Source of the DNA: Verrucomicrobiota bacterium | GTDB taxonomy: Bacteria; Verrucomicrobiota; Verrucomicrobiia; Limisphaerales; CANJSG01 | Reading direction: 5' to 3' | Length of the DNA: 64,000 bases | NCBI GenBank assembly: GCA_038209745.1 | Contig: JBBQXJ010000003.1 | Coordinates: 1 to 64,000, forward strand | Shown: piece by piece, positions 45,714-54,961 of the stretch | Position numbering within the stretch: the stretch's first letter is position 1 | Layout: every line of letters starts with the position of its first letter | Position numbers and translations under genes: made by a program | Notes under the pieces: model-generated | Told to the model about the DNA's origin: nothing | The model's database searches: none | Seen by the model: the letters and a program-made list of their open reading frames with translations, nothing else

Positions 45714-46598
45714 ATGAACCGCCGCCGCTTCCTCCAATCCACCGCCTTGGCCGCCTTGGCCGTATCGACCGGACGCGGCTTTGCCGCCGAGTCTCCCGCC
45801 GGGATCCGCAAGGCGATCATGTATGCGACCGTCGGCGTGAAGGGGTCCGTGCTGGAGAAGCTCCAGATGGTGAAAGCCTCCGGCTATGAAGGCGTGGAGC
45901 TGATGGGCGGGATGGACCGCAACGAATGCGTTGCGGCCCTGAAGGCGACCGGGCTCGGGGCTGCCAGCGTCTGCTGCCACACGCACTGGGCCAAGCCGTT
46001 GTCCTCGGCGAATCCCGAGGACCGAAAGGTCGGCATCGAGGGGCTCAAGTCCACGCTGGTGGACGCCAAGACCTACGGGGCGGGATCGGTGTTGTTCGTG
46101 CCCGGCGTGGCCCGCGACGGCGTGTCCTACGAGCAGTGCTGGGATCGTTCCATCGCCGGGATCAAGGAGGCGATTCCCGTGGCGGAAGAGACCGGCGTGG
46201 TCATCGCCATCGAGAATGTTTGGAACGATTTCATCACCGACCAGAAGGAAGCGGTCCGCTACCTCGACGCCATCCACCATCCGCTGGTGAAATGGCATTT
46301 CGACGTGGGCAACATCATCCGCTATGGCGATCCGCTCGACTGGATCCACGCGCTGGGACCGCGCATTTCCCGCGTCCACATCAAAGAATACAGCCGCGAT
46401 CTGGCCCTGAAGAACGGCGACGTCTGGAAGGGGTTCAACGCGAAGCTCCTGGAAGGCGCGAACAACTGGCCCGGCATCGTCAAAGCGCTCCGCGAATCCG
46501 GATTCTCGTCCTGGGCGATCACGGAGCAGGGCGGCGGCGGTTCGCCGGAAGGGCTGAAAGACCTGGTCGACCGCTTGGACAAGATCCTGGCCGGCTGA
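45714..46598 (+). CDS. Tat-exported sugar phosphate isomerase/epimerase (xylose-isomerase-like TIM barrel)
   Basis: MNRRRFL, IAIENVWN, HFDVGN, VHIKEY. Confidence 0.9.
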   Translation: MNRRRFLQSTALAALAVSTGRGFAAESPAGIRKAIMYATVGVKGSVLEKLQMVKASGYEGVELMGGMDRNECVAALKATGLGAASVCCHTHWAKPLSSANPEDRKVGIEGLKSTLVDAKTYGAGSVLFVPGVARDGVSYEQCWDRSIAGIKEAIPVAEETGVVIAIENVWNDFITDQKEAVRYLDAIHHPLVKWHFDVGNIIRYGDPLDWIHALGPRISRVHIKEYSRDLALKNGDVWKGFNAKLLEGANNWPGIVKALRESGFSSWAITEQGGGGSPEGLKDLVDRLDKILAG

Positions 46599-46618
46599 GG
46601 CGGAACGATGCAGAAGGT

Positions 46619-46777
46619 CGGAGCGCGGACGGTCACGTCCGCGAGGCCAGCTCGGTTCCTTGACGCAGATGGAAGATACGATCCGGCCATCCCAGTCCGG
46701 TGCGGTGTCACGGCAATCCATAATCGGGCCGCTCCGCCTTTGAGCGCGGCCTCGCGGACGTGACCGTCCTCGCTCCG
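46619..46777. repeat. REPIN-like inverted repeat (GGAG class) with 30-bp arms
   Basis: CGGAGCGCGGACGGTCACGTCCGCGAGGCC (46619..46648) matches the reverse complement of 46748..46777 with one mismatch; each arm holds an internal CGGAC...GTCC palindrome. Confidence 0.8.
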
Positions 46778-46822
46778 CCGCAGTTGCCAACGCAATTCCC
46801 GCTGTCCTACTGTCTCCGGAAC

Positions 46823-48487
46823 ATGAAACGCAGCCTGTTGTTGGCTCTCCTCTTGTCCGGTGTCGCGGTCCGCGCTGAAGGCCCGGACGATCTCTATCTG
46901 GAATCGTTCAGTCTGATCGAGCAGGCGGCGACGATCGGCAAGTCCGGCCAGTCCAAGAACGCGATCGAGCTCCTCAAACAGGCCGATACCCGTCTCCGCA
47001 AGATCCAGGCGTCCTACCCTTCGTGGAACGCCGGAATGGTGAAGTTCCGCCTCGGCGATGTGGCGCAGCGAATTGCGAATCTGGACGGAACGGCGGCTGA
47101 TGCCCCGGGCACGGTCGCTTCCAAACCGACCTCCGAGGCGATGGCGGCCGGCCAAGAGGAACAGATCCGGGTCCTTCGCAGCCAGGTCGAGTCCCTCACG
47201 GCCAAGCTCAAGGAGGCACTGGAAATGCAGTCCAGCGGTCTCACCGCGGCGGAACGGTCCCGCCTCGAAGTCAAGGTGGCGAACCAGCAGCGCGAGCTCG
47301 ACGTGATGAAGGCGGCTCTGGCGCAGGAGAAGGAGAAAGCCGCCCAAGCCGTCGTTCCCGCAGTCGACGCGGAAGCGGTCGTCAAAGCCAAGGCCTTGGC
47401 CAAGGAGAACGAGGCGCTCACCCAAAAGGTCAAGCAACAGGCCCAGGAGCTGGTCAATTCGTCCCGGGCCGGTGCCGATGAGCGCGACAAGCTGCAAAAG
47501 GCCCTCGCCGCCGCCCAGGCCGTCGTCCCCGCGGTCGACGCGGAAGCGGTCGCCAAGGTCAAGGCCTTGGCCAACGAGAACGAGGCGCTGACCCAGAAGG
47601 TCAAGCAACAGGCCCAGGAACTGGTCAGTTCTTCGCGGGCCGGTGCCGATGAGCGCGACAAGCTGCAAAAGGCTCTCGCCGCCGCCCAGACCGGACCCGC
47701 CGTGGTTCCGCCCCCGGCAACCGCCGTTGCCTCGGCGCCGTCAGCCGAGGAGAAGATCAAAGTCGCCGAACTCCAGGCTCGCCTCGCTGCGTTGGAAGCC
47801 ACGGCCGTTCCCTACACGGCCGAGGAGCGCGCTCTGTTCAAGGCGCCGCCTACCCGAATCGTGCTGTTGGCGGAGACGAATTCCACCCCCGTCAAGCGCT
47901 CCGTCAAACGTGTGCCGCCCGGGGCCGGGGCGCTCGTGGCCGAAGCCGATCGGGCCTTCGACGCCCGCAACTATGTCGTGGCGCAGCAGAAATTCTCCGA
48001 GGCTCTCAAGCAGGAGGACGACAATGTGTATCTCCTTTCGAAACTCGCCTCGGCCCAGTTCGAGCAGGGGAAGGTGTCCGATGCGGAGAAGAATCTGGAG
48101 CACGCCCTGCGCGTCGATCCCGCCGATCCGGCGAGCCTCACCCTGATGGGTGTCGTCCGGTTCCAGCAGGAGCGCTACTCCGAGGCCCTGACCTTTCTCA
48201 GCCGGTCGGCGCAGCTCGATCCGAACAATGCCGACACCCAGAACTACCTCGGGATCACGCTGAGCCAGGAAGGCCAGCGGGCCGCCGCCGAAGCCGCCCT
48301 GCGCAAGTCCGTCCAGTTGGCCCCCGACAATGCCGGGGCCCACCACAATCTGGCCATCATCTATGCCACGCAGAAGCCGCCGTTCATCGAATTGGCGTGG
48401 TTCCACTACCGCAAGGCCGTCGCGCTCGGCCATCCCAAGAATCCCGGTCTGGAGGAGATCTTGAGCAAGGCGGCGGCGGACAAGTGA
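46823..48487 (+). CDS. Exported coiled-coil / TPR protein
   Basis: Signal peptide, long coiled coil with an internal duplication, C-terminal TPRs; start ATG 46823. Confidence 0.85.
   Translation: MKRSLLLALLLSGVAVRAEGPDDLYLESFSLIEQAATIGKSGQSKNAIELLKQADTRLRKIQASYPSWNAGMVKFRLGDVAQRIANLDGTAADAPGTVASKPTSEAMAAGQEEQIRVLRSQVESLTAKLKEALEMQSSGLTAAERSRLEVKVANQQRELDVMKAALAQEKEKAAQAVVPAVDAEAVVKAKALAKENEALTQKVKQQAQELVNSSRAGADERDKLQKALAAAQAVVPAVDAEAVAKVKALANENEALTQKVKQQAQELVSSSRAGADERDKLQKALAAAQTGPAVVPPPATAVASAPSAEEKIKVAELQARLAALEATAVPYTAEERALFKAPPTRIVLLAETNSTPVKRSVKRVPPGAGALVAEADRAFDARNYVVAQQKFSEALKQEDDNVYLLSKLASAQFEQGKVSDAEKNLEHALRVDPADPASLTLMGVVRFQQERYSEALTFLSRSAQLDPNNADTQNYLGITLSQEGQRAAAEAALRKSVQLAPDNAGAHHNLAIIYATQKPPFIELAWFHYRKAVALGHPKNPGLEEILSKAAADK
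47339..47689 (+). repeat. In-frame 171-bp (57-aa) tandem duplication
   Basis: AAQAVVPAVDAEAV...RDKLQKALA occurs twice (starts 47339 and 47510). Confidence 0.95.
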
Positions 48488-48903
48488 GGCAGGAGCTGCA
48501 CGAAATCCGGTTGCGGACGCGGGGGCGCGGGTTCACCGACTTCACGGCCCAGATCCGGGAGCTTCTGGCGCGATCCGGGTTGAAGACCGGTTTGGCGACG
48601 CTGCATCTCCAGCACACCTCCGCGTCTCTTCTCATCCAGGAGAACGCCGACCCCGATGTCCGTGCCGATTTCGAGCGTTTCTTCGCCCGGTTGGTGCCCG
48701 ATGGCGACCGCCTCTTTTCCCACACCCTGGAAGGTCCGGACGACATGGCCGCGCATATCCGGACGGCGTTGACGACGGTCAATTTGTCGATCCCGTTCGA
48801 CGACGGGCGACTGGTCCTCGGAACATGGCAGGGGATCTATCTCTGGGAACACCGGCTTGATCCTCATGCCCGGCAGATCGCGCTGCATTTTTTGGGCGAG
48901 TAG
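48484..48903 (+). CDS. yjbQ: Secondary thiamine-phosphate synthase YjbQ (UPF0047)
   Basis: HTSASLLIQENADPDV, EGPDDMAAHIR, LGTWQGIYLWEHR; GTGA overlap. Confidence 0.92.
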   Translation: MRQELHEIRLRTRGRGFTDFTAQIRELLARSGLKTGLATLHLQHTSASLLIQENADPDVRADFERFFARLVPDGDRLFSHTLEGPDDMAAHIRTALTTVNLSIPFDDGRLVLGTWQGIYLWEHRLDPHARQIALHFLGE

Positions 48904-48917
48904 TTTGGCGGCGGCCG

Positions 48918-49592
48918 TCAAGGCCTGTGCGTGGCTCGCTTGCGCGCGCGCCGCGTCTCGGCAGCAATAATCCCAGCCAGCAGAACGCCGGCGAAGGCAA
49001 ACGTGGCTGGCTCGGGAACCGGTGCTGCTTCCCCCTTGTAGTGGAAGCTGCCCGATTCGCCGGCGAAGAAGACGCCCGAAATCAGGTCTTGGTTCATGTG
49101 GCGCAAGGTGCCCAAGAAGTCTTCGACCGTGAGGGTGCCGCTTCCGGCGAGGGTGATGTCGAACCCCAGGGCTTCGCCGCGGGTCAATCGATGGGCTCCG
49201 GCATCTTTGTTGGAAGTGGCGAAATCCAAGCTGAAGGAGAATGGGGGGTTGCCTCCGCCCAGATTGCTGGAGGGGGTTTTGAGCGTGGGAGTATCGAAGG
49301 CTCCGGTCTTGGTCGGAGAGCCGACGATCAGGTGGTTGGCGGCGCCGTCGAAGTTGAAGGCCCAAGTCCGGACATAGTCTCCGGACTTCAAATTGAGCGC
49401 TTCGAGCTGGAAATGGACGCTTTTGCTGGTGGGCCCGTGGTCCGACAGGGTGGCTCGCAGGAAGGGACCGGTCCCGGGATAGACATCCCCGCCGCTCTCG
49501 AACGTGCGGCTGTAGTCCAGAGTGACGACGGTCGCTTGGGAGAGCATCGAACCGGCCGCCAAGAAGGGAATTGCCCAGAACAAAGGATTCAT
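48918..49592 (-). CDS. PEP-CTERM sorting domain protein
   Basis: Signal peptide; C-terminal VPEPAT, TM helix and basic tail RRARKR; start 49592 or 49610. Confidence 0.88.
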   Translation of the reverse strand: MNPLFWAIPFLAAGSMLSQATVVTLDYSRTFESGGDVYPGTGPFLRATLSDHGPTSKSVHFQLEALNLKSGDYVRTWAFNFDGAANHLIVGSPTKTGAFDTPTLKTPSSNLGGGNPPFSFSLDFATSNKDAGAHRLTRGEALGFDITLAGSGTLTVEDFLGTLRHMNQDLISGVFFAGESGSFHYKGEAAPVPEPATFAFAGVLLAGIIAAETRRARKRATHRP

Positions 49593-49981
49593 TGGCGGGG
49601 AGATGGACATCGGCCGTCTGCTGCGGATTTGCGTCGCCGCCCCGTGGCTGGTCGCCCGAGCGGATTTGGATGGGGTTTGGAGCGGTGCATTTGTTGTTCT
49701 GGATTCAAGGGACGACAGGCTTGGCCGGCTCCTTGAGCAGTTTTCGATTCTTTCTCATCCTTGAATCCCACTCCTTCGCTCTGGCTCGCTTGAGCGGTCT
49801 CGAATCGAGGCCAAAGTGTCTTGAAGTTAGAGATTCTGGCGTGCCGGCGGATCTACACGCCATTCGGGCAGCTGTTTGGGAGGGTCGTGTCGCAGACTCG
49901 CTAGGGAATGGAGACTGCTTGCGCCTAAGGAGGCAAACAGCGGCCGCCGATAGTTTCGAGCGGCTTTGATGCCTTCTGACC

Positions 49982-50440
49982 GTGCTGACGAAATGCCATC
50001 CAATACGAACGAGCGCCCAGACCCGTGCCGGCTTCTCGCTGGTCGAGGTGGCGATGTCGCTCATGATCGTCGGGATCGTCATGATCGGAATGGTGGATGG
50101 CTACCGGACGTCTTCTCGGCGCGCGGAGTGGTCGGCCTATTCGCTCGCGGCCCAGGCGATGGCGCTCCAACAGATCGAGCAGGTCCGTGCGGCCAAGTGG
50201 GACACGATGGCCGATCCTGTGGTGGACGAGACGGTGAACGTCCCGACCGTGAGTTCGGCGATCCTCGACATGCCGATCTCCGGAACGAACGCGGTCATGG
50301 TGACCAACTATGTGGCCATCAGCAGCATCTCGGTCGGCAGCGGCATCACCTTCAAACAGATCCGGGTCGACACGGTTTGGCCATGGTTCGGCAAGTACTT
50401 CACCAACACGCTGGCCACGTTCCGGGCTCCCGACCGATGA
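49982..50440 (+). CDS. Prepilin-type protein (PilV-like), triplet 2
   Basis: G|FSLVEVAMSLMI; shares RAEWSAY.LAAQ, RAAKWD and FTNT...RAPD with 1895..2449. Confidence 0.85.
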   Translation: MLTKCHPIRTSAQTRAGFSLVEVAMSLMIVGIVMIGMVDGYRTSSRRAEWSAYSLAAQAMALQQIEQVRAAKWDTMADPVVDETVNVPTVSSAILDMPISGTNAVMVTNYVAISSISVGSGITFKQIRVDTVWPWFGKYFTNTLATFRAPDR

Positions 50441-51063
50441 GGATCTTGGTCTCCAATTCTTGGCCGACTGCGGGGCGGAGGCGTCCTGGCAAACGGGCGA
50501 CCACCTTGATCGAGGTGATGATGACGATGGGGATCTTCAGTCTCGTGACCGTGGGCTTCGTCCAGTTCCATTTGCTGGGCCTGACCCAGGATCAACTGGT
50601 GCAGAGCAAGCTCGGGGCGAGCGACCAGTCGCGGGCGGCGCTGTCCCGGATGACCAGCGAGATCCGATCGGCGAAGATTCTTCGGGTGGGCAACGGCGAC
50701 GCGGCCGGTTTCATCCCGGTGGGCTACGGGACGAACCAGCAGGGCACGGCGCTCCAGATCTGTTTCAGCACCGATACCAATTCCTACGTCCGCTACTTTT
50801 TCGACACCAATGCGGGAGAGTTGCGGCGCCTGCGGACAGGAACCGCCGGGACGACCCTCGTGGCGCAGTATCTGACGAACAGCATGTTTTTCAGGGCGGA
50901 GGACTATCTCGGCAACGTGGAGATCGACGGGGCCCACAGCTACACCATCCGGGTCCTGCTCCAGTTCTATCAATACAAGTATCCCCTCACCACGGTGGGT
51001 CCGGGGAACTACTACGACTACTACAAGCTGGAGTTCAAGGCGACGCGTCGCGCGCACGATTGA
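50437..51063 (+). CDS. Prepilin-type protein (PilW-like), triplet 2
   Basis: A|TTLIEVMMTMGIF; shares SKLGASD, EIR.AK, AED.LGN and LQFYQ..YP with 2446..3066; ATGA overlap. Confidence 0.85.
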   Translation: MRILVSNSWPTAGRRRPGKRATTLIEVMMTMGIFSLVTVGFVQFHLLGLTQDQLVQSKLGASDQSRAALSRMTSEIRSAKILRVGNGDAAGFIPVGYGTNQQGTALQICFSTDTNSYVRYFFDTNAGELRRLRTGTAGTTLVAQYLTNSMFFRAEDYLGNVEIDGAHSYTIRVLLQFYQYKYPLTTVGPGNYYDYYKLEFKATRRAHD

Positions 51064-51067
51064 GAGC

Positions 51068-52828
51068 ATGAAAACGACTTTGAACGTAAAGGGAATAGCG
51101 GGCCGCCGGGGAGAGCGGGGCTACGTCATGGTGGTGGTGGTCTTCATGGCGGCCCTCAGCCTGATGGTCATGGCCGCCACGCTCAGCCGGACCGGCGCCA
51201 CTTCGCGGCTCAACTCCCGCAACAATTCCTACCTCGAATGCCTTTCCGCCTCGGAGGCGGGCACGGAGCGGATCGTGGCCCGGATGATCAGCGACTACCG
51301 GAACGGCGGCGATGCCCTCGTGACCGCCAATCTGGGACAATACCGGACCAATGTGCCCTCGGCCTCGGACAGTCCCTATTGGTCAAGCTTCGTCTTCTCG
51401 GACGCGATGGGAAACCTCGGCCGCACCTACGTGCAGGTCACCTCCAACTACAGCTACGTCCAGCTGGAATCCCAGTATGCCGGGCTCGGAGGATTCGCCA
51501 CGGGCTACCGGGTGATCTCGAACGCCCGGCCCGCCTCGGGACAGACCAGCGTGGTCAACGCGGTCCAGCAGGACCTGCAACTGGCGACGATCCCGGTCTT
51601 CCAGTTCGCGATCTTTTACAGCGGCCTCCTTGAATTCACTTGGGCCGCGCCGTTCACCGTTCGCGGCCGGACCCATTCCAACGGAAGCATCTATACCGGA
51701 TCTTCGCAGAATCTTACCTTCGAGGACTACGTGACCTCTTCCGGAACCATCCAGAAGAAGGCTTGGGCCGGCTACAGTCTCGGCGCGATGTCCGGGGGCA
51801 TCGGCTATGGCGGGGGCAGCAGCACCAACGTGCCTTCCCTCACCCTGCCGATCGGGACGAACAACACGTCCTCCGCCGTCCGGGAGATCCTCAACATCCC
51901 GCCTTCCGGCGAGAGCCCGACCTCGGCCATGGGGAAGGAGCGATACTACAACAAGGCCAATATGATCCTGTTGGTGAGCAATTCGACCGTGCAGTTGATG
52001 CTCCAGAGCAACTATACCGCGACCATCACGCTGCAGTGGACCAACAGCCTGTCGGCCTTCGTGAACACCAACGTCAGTTTCTACGACGCACGCGAAGGAC
52101 AGACCGTTCTCGCGACCGAGATCGACGCAGGGAAGTTGACCAAATGGCTGGCTACGAATGCGGCGGTCAGTTCGGTTGCTACCGCTCCGATCATCCTTTA
52201 TGTGGCGGACAATCGGTCCGCGGCCTCCAAGCTGGAGTCCATTCGCCTGGTCAACGGGACGACTCTGCCGACCTCCGGTTTCACGCTCGCGACCCCCAAT
52301 CCTCTCTATGTTTTGGGCCACTACAACGTGACCAACAGCAGCCATTTGGGCACCACCAACACGTCGTCGAGCGTCCCGGCCTCGTTGGCCTCGGATGCGC
52401 TGACCATCCTGTCGAGCAACTGGGCCGATTCGAAGAGCGCCTATTCGCTCGGCAGCCGCAACAAGGCCGTCGACACCACCGTGAACGCCGCGGTTCTCAC
52501 CGGCATCGTGCCCAGCGGGGGAGCCGATGGCTCTTCGCCGTTCAGCGGCGGGGTCATGAATGTTCCCCGCCTTCTGGAGGACTGGGGCAACGGCTCGAAG
52601 CATCTCACCTTGAACACCTCGCTCGTGAACCTCTTCAACAGCGCCCGGGCGCTAGGGGCCTGGGACACTCCGGGTGTCTTCTACTACGCGCCTTCGCGCG
52701 ACTTCAGCTTCGACCTGAACTTCAAGAATCCGAGCCGCCTGCCTCCGGGCACGCCGCAGCTTGGCACGTTCATCCGGGGTCGCTGGTATAACGCCCCCGC
52801 CGGAGTCACCAACTATGCCGGCCTTTGA
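51068..52828 (+). CDS. Large PilX/GspK-like pilin-associated protein, triplet 2
   Basis: G|YVMVVVVF lacking E5; shares YRVISNAR, QFAIFY, LTLPIGTNNT, YNKA, GGV.N.PR.LE.W and LPP.TPQ with 3068..4819. Confidence 0.75.
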   Translation: MKTTLNVKGIAGRRGERGYVMVVVVFMAALSLMVMAATLSRTGATSRLNSRNNSYLECLSASEAGTERIVARMISDYRNGGDALVTANLGQYRTNVPSASDSPYWSSFVFSDAMGNLGRTYVQVTSNYSYVQLESQYAGLGGFATGYRVISNARPASGQTSVVNAVQQDLQLATIPVFQFAIFYSGLLEFTWAAPFTVRGRTHSNGSIYTGSSQNLTFEDYVTSSGTIQKKAWAGYSLGAMSGGIGYGGGSSTNVPSLTLPIGTNNTSSAVREILNIPPSGESPTSAMGKERYYNKANMILLVSNSTVQLMLQSNYTATITLQWTNSLSAFVNTNVSFYDAREGQTVLATEIDAGKLTKWLATNAAVSSVATAPIILYVADNRSAASKLESIRLVNGTTLPTSGFTLATPNPLYVLGHYNVTNSSHLGTTNTSSSVPASLASDALTILSSNWADSKSAYSLGSRNKAVDTTVNAAVLTGIVPSGGADGSSPFSGGVMNVPRLLEDWGNGSKHLTLNTSLVNLFNSARALGAWDTPGVFYYAPSRDFSFDLNFKNPSRLPPGTPQLGTFIRGRWYNAPAGVTNYAGL

Positions 52829-52829
52829 G

Positions 52830-53459
52830 ATGATTCTGTCTCTCGGTCGAAGGATCTTTGCCGGGATCGGGGTTTCTTTGGTTCTTCTCGCCGCCGCCGG
52901 ACCCGCCTTTGGGCAGAAGGTGGTGGATCCGACGTTTCGGCTCTCCAGCCGGGTGGAAGCGCTGGAAGGGATGGGGGTTCGGCAGCGGGCGTTTGTCGCC
53001 TGCGGAACGAACGAGTTCTGCGTTCTTTTGCCGCGAGGCTACAATGGGACTCTGGAAGGCGCTCAATCGCTGGTCTTGTCCGGGCCGGACAATCTCACGT
53101 TCGTGTCGATTGCGCGGGTGGCCGTCGACTCGGTGGCGGGCAAGGAACTGGACACCGGCAAGTGCCTTGCCGCCTTGATGGCCGACTATCCCGGGGCGAC
53201 GATCCTTGAGGAGATGACGCTCGGGGCGGGCAATCGTGTTGGCCCGGCGTTCGACCTCGTCTGGGTCGCGCCCACCAAGATGGTCAGTCGGATCCGCGTG
53301 GCCTACGTTCCCGGACCGGTTGGCGTCCTGCGGTTCACTCTCTCCACGACCGCCGAACGTTTTGCCTCGGTCCGGTTCGATCTCAACAGCGTGATGTCGA
53401 CCCTGGTTGCTGGTCCGAAAGGCGGGCTAGAGGTGCCGCGACTGTCGAATCTTTTCTGA
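52830..53459 (+). CDS. Hypothetical exported protein
   Basis: Signal peptide ending PAFG|Q; starts 1 nt after the PilX-like stop. Confidence 0.65.
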   Translation: MILSLGRRIFAGIGVSLVLLAAAGPAFGQKVVDPTFRLSSRVEALEGMGVRQRAFVACGTNEFCVLLPRGYNGTLEGAQSLVLSGPDNLTFVSIARVAVDSVAGKELDTGKCLAALMADYPGATILEEMTLGAGNRVGPAFDLVWVAPTKMVSRIRVAYVPGPVGVLRFTLSTTAERFASVRFDLNSVMSTLVAGPKGGLEVPRLSNLF

Positions 53460-53540
53460 TCGAAGGTCCGTTGAGAGAATAGCGCCCGAGAGCCTTCTGT
53501 CCTCTTGGAATCCTCCCGTCACGCGGCTAGGTTCAAGGCC

Positions 53541-54938
53541 ATGCCTGAGAAGTCTGTCAGCCAGGTGCCGCGCGCCCTTCGGGAACAATACGAAAAAGGG
53601 TTGGCCGCGTTTCAGCGGAACAACTTCGACTACGCCCTCCAGTTGTTGAACGCCGTTCTGGACCAGGAGCCTGGTTTTCTCGACGCCCGCCAGACTCTCC
53701 GGGCCACCCAGTTCAAGAAACCCAAGGAAAAAGCCGGTTTCTTCAAGAAGCTCGTCGGGTCCGCCACCTCTTCGCCGGCTTTGGCCAAGGGCCAGATCCA
53801 GCTCCGCTCCAACCCCAAGGAAGCGCTCTCCACCGCCGAAAGCGTCCTCAACGTCGACGCGGGGAACGCCGCCGCCCACAAGATCGTCGCCGACGCCGCT
53901 CTCCAGCTCGATCTTCCCAAGACCGCCACGCTTTCATTGGAGATCGTGGTGAAAGCCGATCCCGCCGACCGGAAATCCGTTCGAGCCCTCGCTGATCTCT
54001 ACTTCAAGCAGGACCAGCTCCAGAAGGCGCAGGATCTTTATGCCCGGTTGATCGAAGCCAGCCCGCTCGATCCCGAGCTCCAGCAGACGCTCAAGAACCT
54101 GCACGCCCGCCGGATGCTTTTGGAGAAGGGCTACGGCGCCATCGAGTCCGGCCGGTCCTCCTACCGCGACCTGCTTCGCGACGAAGCCGGGTCGATCGCG
54201 CTGGAGCAGGCCAATCGCCAAGTGAAGGATACGGGCGTGGTCGACCGCCTGATTCTGGAATACGAGGCGAAGCTCGAAGCGGAGCCCGACAACCGCAATC
54301 TCATCCGGAACATCGCCGACCTCCTCGTGCAGAAGAAGGAGTTCGACCGCGCTTTGGAGTTTTACGAGCGGATCCTGGCGGTGGAAGGCACGCGGGACCC
54401 GACCTTGGAGAAGTCCCTGACCGACTTGAAACGCCGCCGACTGGACCACTTGGCCTCCCAGCTCGATCCAGCCGCCGCCGACCACGAGGAGGCCAGGACC
54501 CGCCTGCACCAGGAGCGCGACGACCTGGTCCTCGCCGAGTGCCAGGCGCGGGTCCAACGGTTTCCCTCGGATCTACAGATCCGGTTCGAACTGGGCGAAC
54601 TCCTCTTCAAAGCCGGCCGGCACGCCGAGGCCATCCAGGAGTTCCAGCGGTCGCAGAACAATCCCCAGAAGCGCATCCCCTCGATGAACTTCCTGGGCCA
54701 GTGCTTCGCCGTCCGGAGGATGAACGACCTCGCGGTCCGCACCTTCCAGAATGCGCTGAAAGAAAAGCCGGTCCTCGACGACGAGAAGAAAGAGCTCCTC
54801 TACCACCTCGGCTGTGCGATGGAGAAGATGGGCCAGGCCGAAGGGGCGATGGACCAGTTCAAGCAGATCTACGAAGTGGACATCGGCTATCGCGACGTCG
54901 CGGCCAAGGTGGATGCCTTCTACGCGGCCCAAGGGTGA
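53541..54938 (+). CDS. Tetratricopeptide repeat protein
   Basis: Multiple TPR motifs (RFELGELLFKAGRHAEAIQEFQ; YHLGCAMEKMG), C-terminal YEVDIGYRDV. Confidence 0.85.
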   Translation: MPEKSVSQVPRALREQYEKGLAAFQRNNFDYALQLLNAVLDQEPGFLDARQTLRATQFKKPKEKAGFFKKLVGSATSSPALAKGQIQLRSNPKEALSTAESVLNVDAGNAAAHKIVADAALQLDLPKTATLSLEIVVKADPADRKSVRALADLYFKQDQLQKAQDLYARLIEASPLDPELQQTLKNLHARRMLLEKGYGAIESGRSSYRDLLRDEAGSIALEQANRQVKDTGVVDRLILEYEAKLEAEPDNRNLIRNIADLLVQKKEFDRALEFYERILAVEGTRDPTLEKSLTDLKRRRLDHLASQLDPAAADHEEARTRLHQERDDLVLAECQARVQRFPSDLQIRFELGELLFKAGRHAEAIQEFQRSQNNPQKRIPSMNFLGQCFAVRRMNDLAVRTFQNALKEKPVLDDEKKELLYHLGCAMEKMGQAEGAMDQFKQIYEVDIGYRDVAAKVDAFYAAQG

Positions 54939-54961
54939 CGTCCGCAAAACGTTCTCCGCGC

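Noticed and set aside
49593..49981. Sigma-54/PrsR-type promoter for the PEP-CTERM gene or triplet 2
   Set aside because: Candidates have wrong spacing or lack the -12 GC (TGGAGACTGCTTGC is N9; TGGCCGGCTCCTTGA ends in GA).
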